Below are positions 51,643 to 63,524 of a DNA stretch of 64,000 nucleotides, one piece after another. Both the position numbers and the translations under genes were made by a program. Within the stretch, counting starts at the first letter, position 1; each line of letters opens with the position of its first letter. Under the pieces are notes generated by a model. It saw nothing but the letters and a program-made list of their open reading frames with translations, was not told the origin of the DNA and did not search any database. The DNA comes from Octopus vulgaris. Lineage: Eukaryota. The stretch is from NCBI GenBank assembly GCA_951406725.2, contig OX597814.1, positions 193,192,001 through 193,256,000 of the forward strand, read 5' to 3'.

Positions 51643-52113
51643 AGGCTGTGTGGTAAGTAGCTTGCTTAACAACCACATGGTTCCGAGTTCAGTCCCACTG
51701 CGTGGCACCTTGGGCATGTCTTCTACTATAGCCTCGGGCTGACCAAACCAAAGCCTTGTGAGTGGATTTGGTAGACAGAAACTGAAAGAAGCCCGTCGTA
51801 TGTATGTATGTATGTATGTATGTATGTATGTATGTATGTATGTATGTATGTATGTATGTATGTATGTATGTATGTATGTATGTATGTGTGTGTGTGCATA
51901 TGTTTGTGTGTCTGTGTTTGTCACCCCAACATCGCTTGACAACCGATGTTGGTGTGTTTACGTTGCAGTAACTTAGCGGTTCGGCAAAAGAGACCGACAG
52001 AATAAGTACTAGGCTTACAAAGAATAAGTCCTGGGGTCGATTTGCTCGACTAAAGGCGGTGCTCCAGCATGGCCACAGTCAAATGACTGAAACAAGTAAA
52101 AGAGTAAAAGAGT
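51643..52113 (+). mobile_element. SINE family A, near full length
   Basis: Head to tail with internal (TATG)n. Confidence 0.92.
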
Positions 52114-52207
52114 ACTCGTCATTTTATATAAGCACCCAGAAATTTGATAAAAGGTAAATTATGATAATTTTAAGTATGGATATTTCTTGATATTATCAGC
52201 AGCAAAT

Positions 52208-52584
52208 GTGGAGGCGCAATGGCCCAGTGGTTAGGGCAGCGGACTCGCGGTCGTAGGATCGCGGTTTCGTTTCCCAGACCGGGCGTTGTGAGTGTTTATT
52301 GAGCGAAAACACCTAAAGCTCCACGAGGCTCCGGCAGGATGTGGTGGTGAACCCTGCTGTACTCTTTCACCACAACTTTCTCTCACTCTTACTTCCTGTT
52401 TCTGTTGTACCTGTATTTCACTCTCTGTGTCACGCTGAATATCCCCGAGAACTACGTTAAGGGTACACGTGTCTGTGGAGTGCTCAACCACTTACACGTT
52501 AATTTCACGAGCAGGCTGTTCCGTTGATTCGGATCAACCGGAACCCTCGTCGTCGTAACCGACGGAGTGCTTCCATTCCATCCA
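52208..52584 (+). mobile_element. SINE family C with TSD
   Basis: TSD ATCAGCAGCAA on both sides; (TCCA)n tail. Confidence 0.92.
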
Positions 52585-52814
52585 TCAGCAGCAAGAAAAT
52601 ACTAGGGATACAGTGTTGCATATTTCAATGAGATCTCTCTGTGATGCTGTTCATACTTTCAGTGAACACTCGAGTGGTTTTTGGGTTTTTTTTTTTCCTT
52701 TTCGGAAATCTTGAGGATATGCGATTGACCCACAGAATGGCAGAAACACCAGCATAGCTCATTGTTTTGTGTGTGTGTGTGGATAATCTTAAAATATATG
52801 CCAAATATGAATGT

Positions 52815-53155
52815 GTGTGTGGTAAGACGTTTACTCCCCAACCATATTGTTCCGGTTTCAGTCATACTACATGGCACACTGAGCGAGTGTCTTCTAATGT
52901 AGTCTCCAGCTATCCAAAGTCTTGTGAGGGATTTGGTAGACAGAAACTAAAAGAAGCCCGTCATATATATAAATATATAGGGAGAATTCATAAAAAAAAA
53001 ACAAAAGACGAAGACAGGTGGTGTAGACAACAAACAGATGTATTAGTATAACGCTCGGGAAGTGAAAAAGTCTTTAACATTTCGAGCCTACGCTCTTCCA
53101 CAGAAAGGAACACAGAAAGAAACAAGGAGAGAAAATAGAGAAAATAAATAAATAA

Positions 53156-53212
<57 letters not shown>

Positions 53213-53240
53213 TAAATTAGAGATAAAACCACTAATATTT

Positions 53241-53281
<41 letters not shown>

Positions 53282-53495
53282 TGTGTGTCTTTGTGTCTGT
53301 GTTTGTCCCCTCCACCGCTTGACAACTGGTGTTGGTGTGTTTAGGTCCTCGTAACTGAGTGGCTCAGTGAAAGAAACCGACAGAATAAGTATCAAGCTTA
53401 AAACAATAAGTACTGCAGCCGATTCTTTCGACTAAATTTCTTCAAGGCTGTGCTCCAGCATGACCGCAGCCTAATGACTGAAACAAATAAAAGGT
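52815..53495 (+). mobile_element. Diverged SINE family A hosting PLE-like remnants in its microsatellite
   Basis: Head 52815-52965 and tail 53280-53495. Confidence 0.75.
53072..53107 (-). ncRNA. HHR-like motif with variant core, in PLE-like remnant (~52978-53145)
   Basis: CTTT-CTGTGGA-A-GAGC(GTAG)GCTC-GAAAT-GTT-AAAG; homolog of 13631-13666. Confidence 0.55.
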
Positions 53496-53599
53496 AACAG
53501 ATATAAAAAAAAAACTTTGGCGACCTTCTCAGAAGAAACAGGAATGTATTTTGGCTAAGATAATGTTCTTATGTGGTTATCAAATGACAAAGAACTGCA

Positions 53600-54400
53600 A
53601 GACTATCTTGTAACGTTACAATCAATGGCGTATTTCTTTGGTAAATGATGAGAAATGCAACAAGCATTTAAGAATACATGAAAATATTCCCCATGAAGGA
53701 GTGTGAAATAGAGAATATAATACCAGGATAGAGAAAGTATGGTCCTCTGAACTTCCTGCATGCAATAAAGCTAAAGCTTACGGCGTGCATGCTGTACCTG
53801 TACTTATACCAGTAGTTGAACTGTTCGATTAGTTGTTAGATGAGATCTGAGCTATTGATGTTAAAACCCGAAATTTGTTAACCTGTATGAGTAACGTCCA
53901 CATCAACATTGATGCTGATTGCCTTTCCTTAACGCAAAGGCAAAGCAGCAGAATCTTAACAGCGATCCAAGAAACCTTTGAATGTCGCATCATATCCTCT
54001 CGACGATATAAAATGAAATAAATAAATGCGCCTTTTTAAAGCCTAGCTCATGGACCCGGTTTCCTGGTTTCAATGGCGTATATGATCCCCAGATGGACAG
54101 GACGCCAGTCCATCGTAGCGTTACTAATTTTTGCCAGTTGAGTGGACTGGAGCAACGTGAAATGAAGTGTTTTGTTCAAGAACACAACGCATCGCCCGGT
54201 CCAGGAATCGAAACCACAATCTTACGATCATAAGGCTGACACCCTAACCACTAAGCTACGCGCCTCCATCTCGACGATATCTACTGACCAACGAATGTCG
54301 AAGTCCTGCTATGAGCCAAATTTGCATACGAGAAGAAATAGAAAAAAGCTTCTCATAAAATATTCTCTAACTATTCTGTAGGATATGCACACAGAGAAGT
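53600..54400 (+). pseudogene. Decayed R4/Dong-like LINE RT-thumb region interrupted by SINE D
   Basis: EYNTRIEKVWSSELPACNKAKAYGVHAVPVL...DEI*AIDVKTRNLLTCMSNVHINIDADCL...FECRIIS. Confidence 0.75.
54015..54268 (-). mobile_element. SINE family D with TSD
   Basis: TSD TCTCGACGATAT on both sides. Confidence 0.9.
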
Positions 54401-54576
54401 TATATAATTCCATTGTAGCAGGTCACGCAAACATGTGCACATTCATAAAATATTGCTCTGATTCTTGTCTAAATTCCAAGGGAAGTTTTGTTTAAAGGCG
54501 TGAAACGAGCTCTTTCAGTATTGGTGGGAAATCCGAAAAATATAACCAGGAACACACCCAAGCACGCACACACACA

Positions 54577-54617
<41 letters not shown>

Positions 54618-54760
54618 GCGCGCGCTCGCGCGCGTGTGTGTGTAAGAATAATAGAAAATAGATTAAGCACAACGCTTTATTGGATCCCACGACAATTGTT
54701 TCAACTTTAATTCCCCCCAAAAAAACATTATTAAGCATTATTATAAAATATAAATTATTA

Positions 54761-55123
54761 TCTCTCTATATATAAACGGCAAAATGTCTGTCTGTGTATC
54801 CTTTATACAAATCCACACTTTTTCAGTTAGAGGGCTTGCACTTTCTATGGTCATTCAAAACCGTCCAAGGGTGGTCGTGCACATCTTTACATTTCCCCAG
54901 TCACCCCGCAAAGCCATTAAAAATCAATAGAAGTGACATTTTTGTGAATTTTCTATCCAAAACCCAATCAAAATGCCCGAAACCTGATACGCCAATTGAA
55001 TGCCAGCTATCTGTATGTGATTGGTCGAAAATTTGGACAGTACTCGCGTGTATGTGCGCACGCACGCAGCTGTATATGCATGCACAAGCACTATAACCCG
55101 GCGTTGCCGGGTCATAGTGCTAG
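54761..55123 (+). mobile_element. Non-autonomous Helitron, both termini intact
   Basis: A|TCTCTCTATATATAAA ... ACCCGGC(GTT)GCCGGGT hairpin ... CTAG|T. Confidence 0.85.
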
Positions 55124-55290
55124 TAAAATATAAATTTACACATACAATTATTTCAGCGTTGAAGTAGCAATAGAAGATTACTGACGCACGTATAGATGCT
55201 GGCATATATGCATAAAAGCATACATATATATGTATGCATACATGGATATCAGAATATAGAAACGAGAGAAAAAAACATCTTTCTCTCATA

Positions 55291-55325
<35 letters not shown>

Positions 55326-55909
55326 TCACACACACACATTCACGCACGCACGCACCACACTTATATGCACACGCATAAATATAAGTTGTATATCGGAAGA
55401 GAGTAAGTATTCCAAATTGTGATACATATTCAAAATGTTTTAATTCATTTGATATTTTCAGTATCGTGTGTTTTCATGGCATCCATAATTAATACCTTTC
55501 CAAAACCGATGAAGGCAGATGTTTAGTAAATGTTGAAAGCGTTATAATTAACTGTGATAATAGCAACAGCAGCGAATGTAGCCTATATCTTTATCAGATA
55601 CTTCTTGTTAAAATTCATAAATTTCAAGTCAGACAGCGAAGAAAAAAAAAGCAGAGAAAAACATTAATGTGTTCTAGAGCTTTCAATAATGAAAGAAAAA
55701 GGAAGAAAATATATAAATGTAGTAGTATTATAAGACGTGATATTTTGGTTCAGAAGCTTGCTTTTGTCTACCGCGTGGTTCCGGGTTCGATCCCACAGCA
55801 CGTAACTCCAGGAAAGGTTTTTCTTACTATAACTTTGTGAGTGTAATTTGCAATTTGTTAGACGCTTCTTCTTCGAGAAAATAAGTACCAGAACAAATAA
55901 TTACTTTTT

Positions 55910-56095
55910 GTTTTTGGATTTGGTTTGCAAGATTCTTAATATGAGTTCGTGTGTTGAAGCATATTCCGCTGTATCTGCAAGACGCAACGAGAATTTTAGG
56001 AAAATAAAAATAAGAAATAAGTGGAAATTTTACCGGTGAGTGTGTTACATTATAAGGCACAAAAAGAAAATGACTCTCCCCAGACACAACAAAAT
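55910..56095. mobile_element. Repeat with internal inversion (PLE-like), second copy
   Basis: Same segments as 40220-40430 in a different inverted arrangement. Confidence 0.6.
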
Positions 56096-56813
56096 AGTTA
56101 CTTATTTATATAGCTTGTTAATTCATTAGTTTCCTAGCAATTTAGTTAATCAGTTAGTTTACTAGTAAGTCAGTTAGTCAGTTAGTCAGTCAGATTGTTG
56201 GTTGGTTAGTCATTTAGTCAGTTAGTCAGTCAGATAGTTGGTTGGTTAGTCATTTAACAAGTTTGTTTATTAACAAGCTTGCTACTTAATTAGCTAGCTA
56301 GTTAACTAGTTAGTTAATAAGTCAGTCAAACAGTAATTAGTTAGCTTGCTTGCTAATCGATCTCACACGTGTTAGTTAGTACATTTGGTAGCTTCTCCAG
56401 CCATCACAATCGGATATATGTTCACTGCTTTTCCAGTGTGTTGACAGCCTTCGGGTTATCCTGAAAGGTTTAACGTTATGTAGCTTGCAGTCTTTTCTGT
56501 CATGTTCCTCTGGTTAGTGTCCATCTCAATGCTTTTTTGTTTCATATCAAGGATCTGGTAGCCATATGATGTTACCAGTCAATTGTATATTTGTTCCTTA
56601 GCAATGTTTGCATCATCACATTTTTGTTTTTGGCATGATCATGGTAAAAAATTCTCCGGATTTTTCTTGAATCATTTCAGTAAAATATTCATATTTAAGG
56701 TAATTTCTCTTCAATTGTATCCCGTATTTACATATAGGGCCTTTGATAGTGCATATACTGTACAAGCAGATCTTAATGTTAATGTCCAGTGTGTTCATGG
56801 GCCAGATTTTGTA

Positions 56814-57378
56814 TTCGGTTGTCCGGGAAGTTCATGCCGATTTTTAAAGGAAAGAAAAGGGTCAATAAATACTTGCCATTACATTTTAATCAACCAAATA
56901 TGAACCATTTTGTTGCACAATACGTCTCCATCTTTCCTTTAACTTGAAAATACCCTCTTCCCAGAATTGAGGTGGTTTCTTGGCAAAGAATTCATCAAGG
57001 TATCTTTTTACGTCATCGAAGGAATTGAAATGTTTACCATTAAGACTATTCTGCAGAGACCTGAATAAGGGGAAATCCGAAGGAGCAATATCTGGTGAAT
57101 ATGGAGGGTTGGGTAACACATCCCAGCCGAGCTGCAGCAATTTTTGTCTGGTTCCCAAAGCATCAAGTACCGAAAATGAACTTTCTTATCTTCCATTTTA
57201 AAAGGTTACAGAATTAACACAGGTTATAGGAACATAAATCTTCTTCCACGAAAAGATAGCTTAAACTGTGTTCTAAATGGAGGTGTAGTCAAATCCTATT
57301 TTATGGACTCAGCCATATTCTAAAATAAGTCGAAATGTAAGCTACTATAAATCGGCACGAACTTTCCGGACAACCCAA
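56814..57378 (-). mobile_element. Internally deleted mariner (DD34D) element
   Basis: ~30-bp TIRs TTCGGTTGTCCGGGAAGTTCATGCCGATTT / AAATCGGCACGAACTTTCCGGACAACCCAA with TA flanks; N-terminus MEDKKVHFRYLML fused to C-terminus LGWDVLPNPPYSPDIAPSDFPLFRSL...RWRRIVQQNGSY. Confidence 0.93.
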
Positions 57379-57396
57379 TACATTTGCTGAAACATT

Positions 57397-57610
57397 GGTT
57401 TCAAATTTTGGCACAAGACCAGTAATTTTGGAGGAGGGAATAAGTCGATTACATCGACCCCAGTGTTCAACTGGTACTTATTTTATCGATCTCGAAAGGA
57501 TGAAAGGCAAAGTCGATTTCGCTGAAATTTGAATTCAGAATGTAAAGACGGACGAAATGCCGCTATGAATTTTGTCCGGCCTGCTAACGATTCTACCCGC
57601 TCCCTATTTA
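57397..57610 (-). mobile_element. SINE family B monomer
   Basis: Flanked by CATTTGCTGAAACATTG / CATTTGATGAAATATTG (decayed TSD). Confidence 0.8.
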
Positions 57611-57889
57611 TCCATTTGATGAAATATTGCTGTCATCTCTCCGATTCAGCATTTCGCATCGGTTCTAGTGTCTCCATTATCGCACAGAAAATTACCAAGG
57701 AACTCAAATCGATACATGTCTTCGACAGTCAGCTCTACGTCTATCAAAATGAAGTTCTTACTCCTTGACTGATCTCCAAGCCTTTGTCTTTTCTGTGTTC
57801 CTTCCCAGTTTGTCTGTTTTTTCCTTATCATTTCACTCAGGCGTTGAGTTAGCTCTTGTCACCCGTTAATAGACTCAGTCAATGACATC

Positions 57890-58247
57890 AGCGTAACCCA
57901 GGTCAGTCACCAACGTAACCTTTATCAACCACCAACGTAACCCAGGTCAGCCACCTACGTAACCAAGTTCAGCCACCAACGTAACCCAAGTCTGCCACTA
58001 ACGTAGCCTAGGTCAGCCACCAATGTAACTCAGTTCAACCTCCAACGTAGCCCAGGTTAGATACCAACGTAGCCCAGGTCAATTACCAACGTAACTCAGT
58101 CAGCCACTAACGTAATCCAGGTCAACCACCAACGTAATCCAGGTCAGCCACTAACGTAACACAGGTCAACCACCAACGTAACCCAGTTTCAGCCACCAAA
58201 ATAACCCACGTCAGCCACCAACGTAACTCAGGTCAACGTAGCTCAAG
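57890..58247. repeat. Degenerate 22-bp minisatellite, ~16 copies (AACGTAACCCAGGTCAGCCACC)
   Basis: AACGTA recurs every 20-23 bp. Confidence 0.92.
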
Positions 58248-58551
58248 TTTTGATCTTTCCACTTGCTCCCATGTTCATTACTTCCGATTGCCTTCTTTGT
58301 GATAAATCCACATTTAGCAGGAAAAGAAGTGGTGACAGATTCATCCTTACCGAATTCGGGTGGGGGATGTCAAAATATTAAATGCTTTTTTATTTTCTGT
58401 CTGCACAGAGTAAACTGATTTAATAAATACTTCTAAAGCTTCCATATAGAACTCCGGGATCTCATAAATTTTTGCGATACTCCACAGAGATTCTCCAGGT
58501 ACTCTTTCAAATGCCTTTTGTAAGTCAGGTTAGTACATTTTGCCAAGCCAT

Positions 58552-58971
58552 TCTTATTTCTTTATTGCCCACAAGGGGATAAACATAGAGGGGATAAACA
58601 AGGACAGACAAATGGATTAAATCGATTACATCGACCCCAGTGCGTAACTGGTACTTAATTTATCGACCCTCGAAAGGATGAAAGGCAAAGTCGACCTCGG
58701 CGGAATTTGAACTCAGAACGTAACGGCAGACGAAATACCTATTTCTTTACTACCCATAAGGGGCTAAACATAGAGGGGACAAACAAGGACAGACAAACGG
58801 ATTAAGTCGATTATATCGACCCCAGTGCGTAAATAGTACTTATTTAATCGACCCGGAAAGGATGAAAGGCAAAGTCGACCTCGGCGGAATTTGAACTCAG
58901 AACATAACGGCAGACGAAATACGGCTACGCACTTCGCCCGGCGTGCCAACGTTTCTGCCAGCTCGCCGCCT
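58552..58971 (-). mobile_element. SINE family B dimer with TSD
   Basis: CCAAGCCATTCT at both flanks. Confidence 0.9.
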
Positions 58972-59989
58972 TTTGATTTACCAAGCCATTCTGATTTACG
59001 ATTGACGGCTGGCTGTACTGCACCAGTAGAAAAGAATCATAAAAATATAGCTTGAATGTGAAATATATATATTCTAAGCCTCATTAAAAGCAGATAAAAT
59101 AGAAAACGATTTACTTTTATGAAATTTTAGTTTTATTTATCTTCAGTTTTCTGCATGGTATTGCTGCAATACAGTATATTAAATAGGATGATAATTTTTA
59201 CAGGCATATTGTTCATGAAGTGTGATTGATAAGGTTGCCGGAAAGAATGCTCTTTGGAGCAGAAGATATATTAACACTGGTAAATTAAACACAGAATACT
59301 TCCTGATAAGGAAATAAAATGGCGCAGATGAAATTGGTTAAGGACAAGTATATACTTAATGATTCTTAAACAATATTAGGATAACGGCAATGTATTATTA
59401 TTCAACGGAATAATACGTAATTATTGCGAAAATTCATTATAATATTGTATTTATTTTACTGTATATCATTTTGCTGACTGAGCGAGAGATATGTTTAATG
59501 AGACTCTCGAGAAAATGGCAATTGCTATCGAAATAACTAAATGCCTACGTTTCATCTGTTTAAGAAATTTTTCAAGTAAAGAGTGACTTCAGGATAAACC
59601 CCATGTGTCATTATGTAATTAAAGTAAAAGCAATGGAAGCCACAACTATAACAATTACAATATTCAGAGCCATTGAATGTGCCGTTAGGTGGTCGTTTGA
59701 GATGCTAGACACAGCTGTCATTAAATCTATTTCAAAATACACTCTGCCATCTTACAGAAATTAAAGACACATTGCATAATAAGGCTCAAGATAAATAAGA
59801 CGGAATGGTCACTGTTGGAAGGCTTTTTTGTCGATCAGGGACAACCAACAACAAAAAAAGTAAATATTAACAATGATTATGTCTTAACTGAAACATAAAC
59901 GAAATGTTCCAGTTGACAGCAGACTATTATTTTTTTCCTGTTTTGATTTTTTATTGGAATGGTCTCGAGTGGGGGCTGCGCCATGTCAC

Positions 59990-60330
59990 ATCTGCAGGCA
60001 CCCAGAGACCATCGGAAACAAAGCAGTTAATGTTTTCCTTGAAAGGTTGCAAAATAAAACATGTGCCAAGTAGGAGGTTGGTTCTAGGGGACTGAAAGTG
60101 TGGAGAAGGATTGTATGGTGGATGCATTAAGGGTGGATAAACGAATGAGTTGGCAGGGCCTGAGTAGATGTAACACGTGACCAAACAGTCAGCTTATTGG
60201 TAAGCAATTTTGTGCTGGTGAGAGACTTCGTGTCTGCCAGCTAGAAGGTCTTTCTTGTAATGAGGGCTAAAACCTCTCTGTGTGTAGCAGCAGCGGAATA
60301 TTGCCCACAAGTGGAACAGTATTCCGCTCT
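59990..60330 (-). pseudogene. Old CR1/L2-group LINE 3' fragment
   Basis: Minus translation AEYCST...AAATHREVLALITRKTF*LADTKSLT resembles the post-RT EYCS...LD.IQRKA.RL segment. Confidence 0.5.
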
Positions 60331-60496
60331 GGTTTTTTTTTTACCTAAGCTTTGTAGTGGGTTAGTAGTTGATGGGAGGTGAAGTATTTTCTATGACTAT
60401 AAACAAAGGTCAGTTACTGGAATGCAGTCTTTGCAATGTTAGATATGTGCGTCTGTCAGGAGAGTTCCAAGATATATATACATACACACACATATA

Positions 60497-60564
<68 letters not shown>

Positions 60565-60639
60565 CGGTAAGATAACAAAAGAAAGAAAGAGACCTCAATG
60601 TTATGTATATAGAAGAATTTATCAGTAAAATATAAATAA

Positions 60640-60670
<31 letters not shown>

Positions 60671-61179
60671 TATATATGAATTGTCATATTGTTACTATTC
60701 ATATTTGTATTAAGTGTTGATTACCCTAGTTAAAAACTGGTTCCTTGCTAATTATATTTTACAGATATATATATATATATATATATAAGGCTTTACTTAC
60801 ACACGCCCCAGCTTAATTTAATTCGTCCTTAATCGAAAGACACCTGTTGTTATGTGCTGTTATTTGCATTTGTATTTGTGAAACATTTCTCCGTTTTTTT
60901 TCCGTCCTTGTTTTCGTATACATTCGCTGCTCTCTTCCGAGGAATCTAGCTTAGTTTTTCCTTCGAGCAATCTCCTGTATAACCAGCGAAAATTGCAAAG
61001 ATAATCTGGAACTCGACTGAGGAAAGAAAACTCCGAATGACCCGTCCTTGTTTTCTTTGTATCGACTGTCTGGAAGTTTTATTGTCCCTTTTTTGTATCA
61101 CCTAACTGTCTGGGCGTTTTGCGTTCTTGTCCCATTTTTGTACTTTATATATATATATATACACGCTCACTCACACACA

Positions 61180-61335
61180 ACAGGCTTCTTTCAGTTTCCG
61201 TCTACCAAATCCACTCACAAGGCTTTGGTCGACCCAAGGCCATAGTAGAAGACACTTACCCAAAGTGCTACGCAGTGGGACTAAACCTGGAACCATGTGG
61301 TTGGGAAGCAAGCTGCTAACCACACATCCATGCCT
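61180..61335 (-). mobile_element. SINE family A 5' half
   Basis: Reverse complement of head and body. Confidence 0.85.
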
Positions 61336-61370
61336 TCGTAAGGTCTCTTACGAAGTACCGTATTTTTTCA

Positions 61371-61885
61371 TTTTATGAAATACTTTGCTCACTGACTCCG
61401 AGTACCACCGTTTTATGAAACGATTTGCTTACTGACTCCGAGTACCACCGTTTTATGAAACGATTTGCTTACTGACTCCGAGTACCACCGCTTTATGAAA
61501 CGATTTGCTTACTGACTTCGAGTACCACCGTTTTATGAAACGATTTGCTCACTAACTCCGAGTACCACCGCTTTATGAAACGATTTGCTTACTGAGCCCG
61601 AGTACCACCGTTTTATGAAACGATTTGCTTACTGACTCCGAGTACCACCGTTTTATGAAACGATTTGCTTACTGACTCCGAGTACCACCGTTTTATGAAA
61701 CGATTTGCTTACTGACTCCGAGTACCACCGTTTTATGAAACGATTTGCTTACTGACTCCGAGTACCACCGTTTTATGAAACGATTTGCTTACTGACTCCG
61801 AGTGCCACCGTTTTATGAAACGATTTGCTTACTGACTCCGAGTACCACCGTTTTATGAAACGATTTGCTTACTGACTTCGAGTGC
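61371..61885. repeat. 40-bp minisatellite, ~13 copies (TTTTATGAAACGATTTGCTTACTGACTCCGAGTACCACCG)
   Basis: Exact 40-bp period, few substitutions, no spacers. Confidence 0.97.
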
Positions 61886-62029
61886 AACTTGAATAATTTC
61901 TCTGACATTTATTCAATTTGTTTACAAAAGCATTTTCCATCTTTTTTTTTCCTGACAAAATGAAAATAAAAATCAACAGCTGATGTTATAAAACTACCAA
62001 CCTTTCTTTTCATACTTCATACACAATCT

Positions 62030-62067
62030 GTGCGCATACACCTACGCTCGCGAACAAACACTCACAT

Positions 62068-62132
<65 letters not shown>

Positions 62133-62800
62133 CACACACACACACATACGTACACACACACAAAGACACAAATATTCTCGCACACACACACATACGCATA
62201 CTTAAACGCACACAAATACTCTCTCGCGCACACATACACACACATACATACACATGCACAAAGGCACACAAATACTCACACACACACACACACCAACACA
62301 CACGCACACACAAACACACACCGACAATCGTGCACATGCACCAACCAACGCACATATATACACACGTACGCTTTCTTTCTTGCCTTTTTTCTCTCTCTCT
62401 CTCTTACACACACTCACCCGTACTTACACACACATACATACATACATACATACACACATACATATATGCATACATATATACTTAGATACACATATACACA
62501 CACATACACATATACACACGTATATACATACGCGCATACATACATACATACATACACACATACATGTATGCATACATATATACTTAGATACACATATACA
62601 CACATACATACACACATACATACATACATACATACATACATACATACATACATACAAACATACACATACATACATACATACGCGCATACATACATACATA
62701 CATACATACATACATACATACATACATACATACATACATACATACATACGCACGAACAGATCCACTCTAACACCCAAACATACAAATACATACATAAATA
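62030..62800. repeat. (CA)n/(CATA)n degenerate microsatellite field
   Basis: Directly visible. Confidence 0.9.
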
Positions 62801-63524
62801 AATTCTTTATGAATCAACACATTTACATACAGTGCTCACATTGTCAAAATTAAATGAAAGTATATATATGAAAAAGTAAAACAAACAACAACAACAACAA
62901 ACTTTATGGAAAAACTCTGTACGTAAACTTGGTTAGAATCTTCAATATTTTAATAATCCTACTTATACAAGCAGTCAATGATGCCATTTTGACAAAAGTG
63001 GAAAATCGACAGCTCAAAATGTCATTTGAGGCGCCTTTAGTTGAAGCAAGTTGAATGCAAAAGACATTGAAGGAAGAAGGCGAGAGAGAGAGGGTGGGGG
63101 TGACAGAGAGGTGGAAAGAGAGCGAAGGATTAGAAAATATAGGTCAATTCTATTGACCGCTGGACTTGGCTGTCTCCGAGTACGAGCGTATAACATATTT
63201 ATTTGCCAGGCTTTTGACTAGCGCAGATCTGATGTATGGATTAATGGCTGTCGAGATGAAAGTACTAAATTAAGTTAAGCATATTGCAATGGGCAGGCTA
63301 GTTAGCTGGTTGGCTTATTATTTCCTGTTATTTAGATGGTCATCTTTCAGAGGGCGATAATTAATTGAAGACACCCTCACTCCCCTTCTTCTAGTCTCGC
63401 AATAATTCGCACACATTTTGTTGCTAAATCCCTTTTGAATTCTATCGTCTGCGGTGTTTGTCATTAAGATGTAGCACCATAAAAATGAAAAAAAAAAAAA
63501 AAAAAAAGACAGAAAAGAAAGTAT

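Larger units (their letters stand above)
56390..58330 (-). pseudogene. Decayed RTE-clade LINE RT region with nested mariner, SINE B and minisatellite
   Basis: Minus-strand fragments in order: LSPLLFLLNVDFITKKAIG..KWKDQN, VTDLGYADVI, VEDMYRFEFLGNFLCDNGDTRTDAKC*IG, MNTLDINIKICLYS. Confidence 0.8.

Noticed and set aside
61371-61885. CRISPR array (also considered for 17975-18286 and 57890-58247)
   Set aside because: Contiguous tandem units without unique spacers, no cas genes, eukaryotic context
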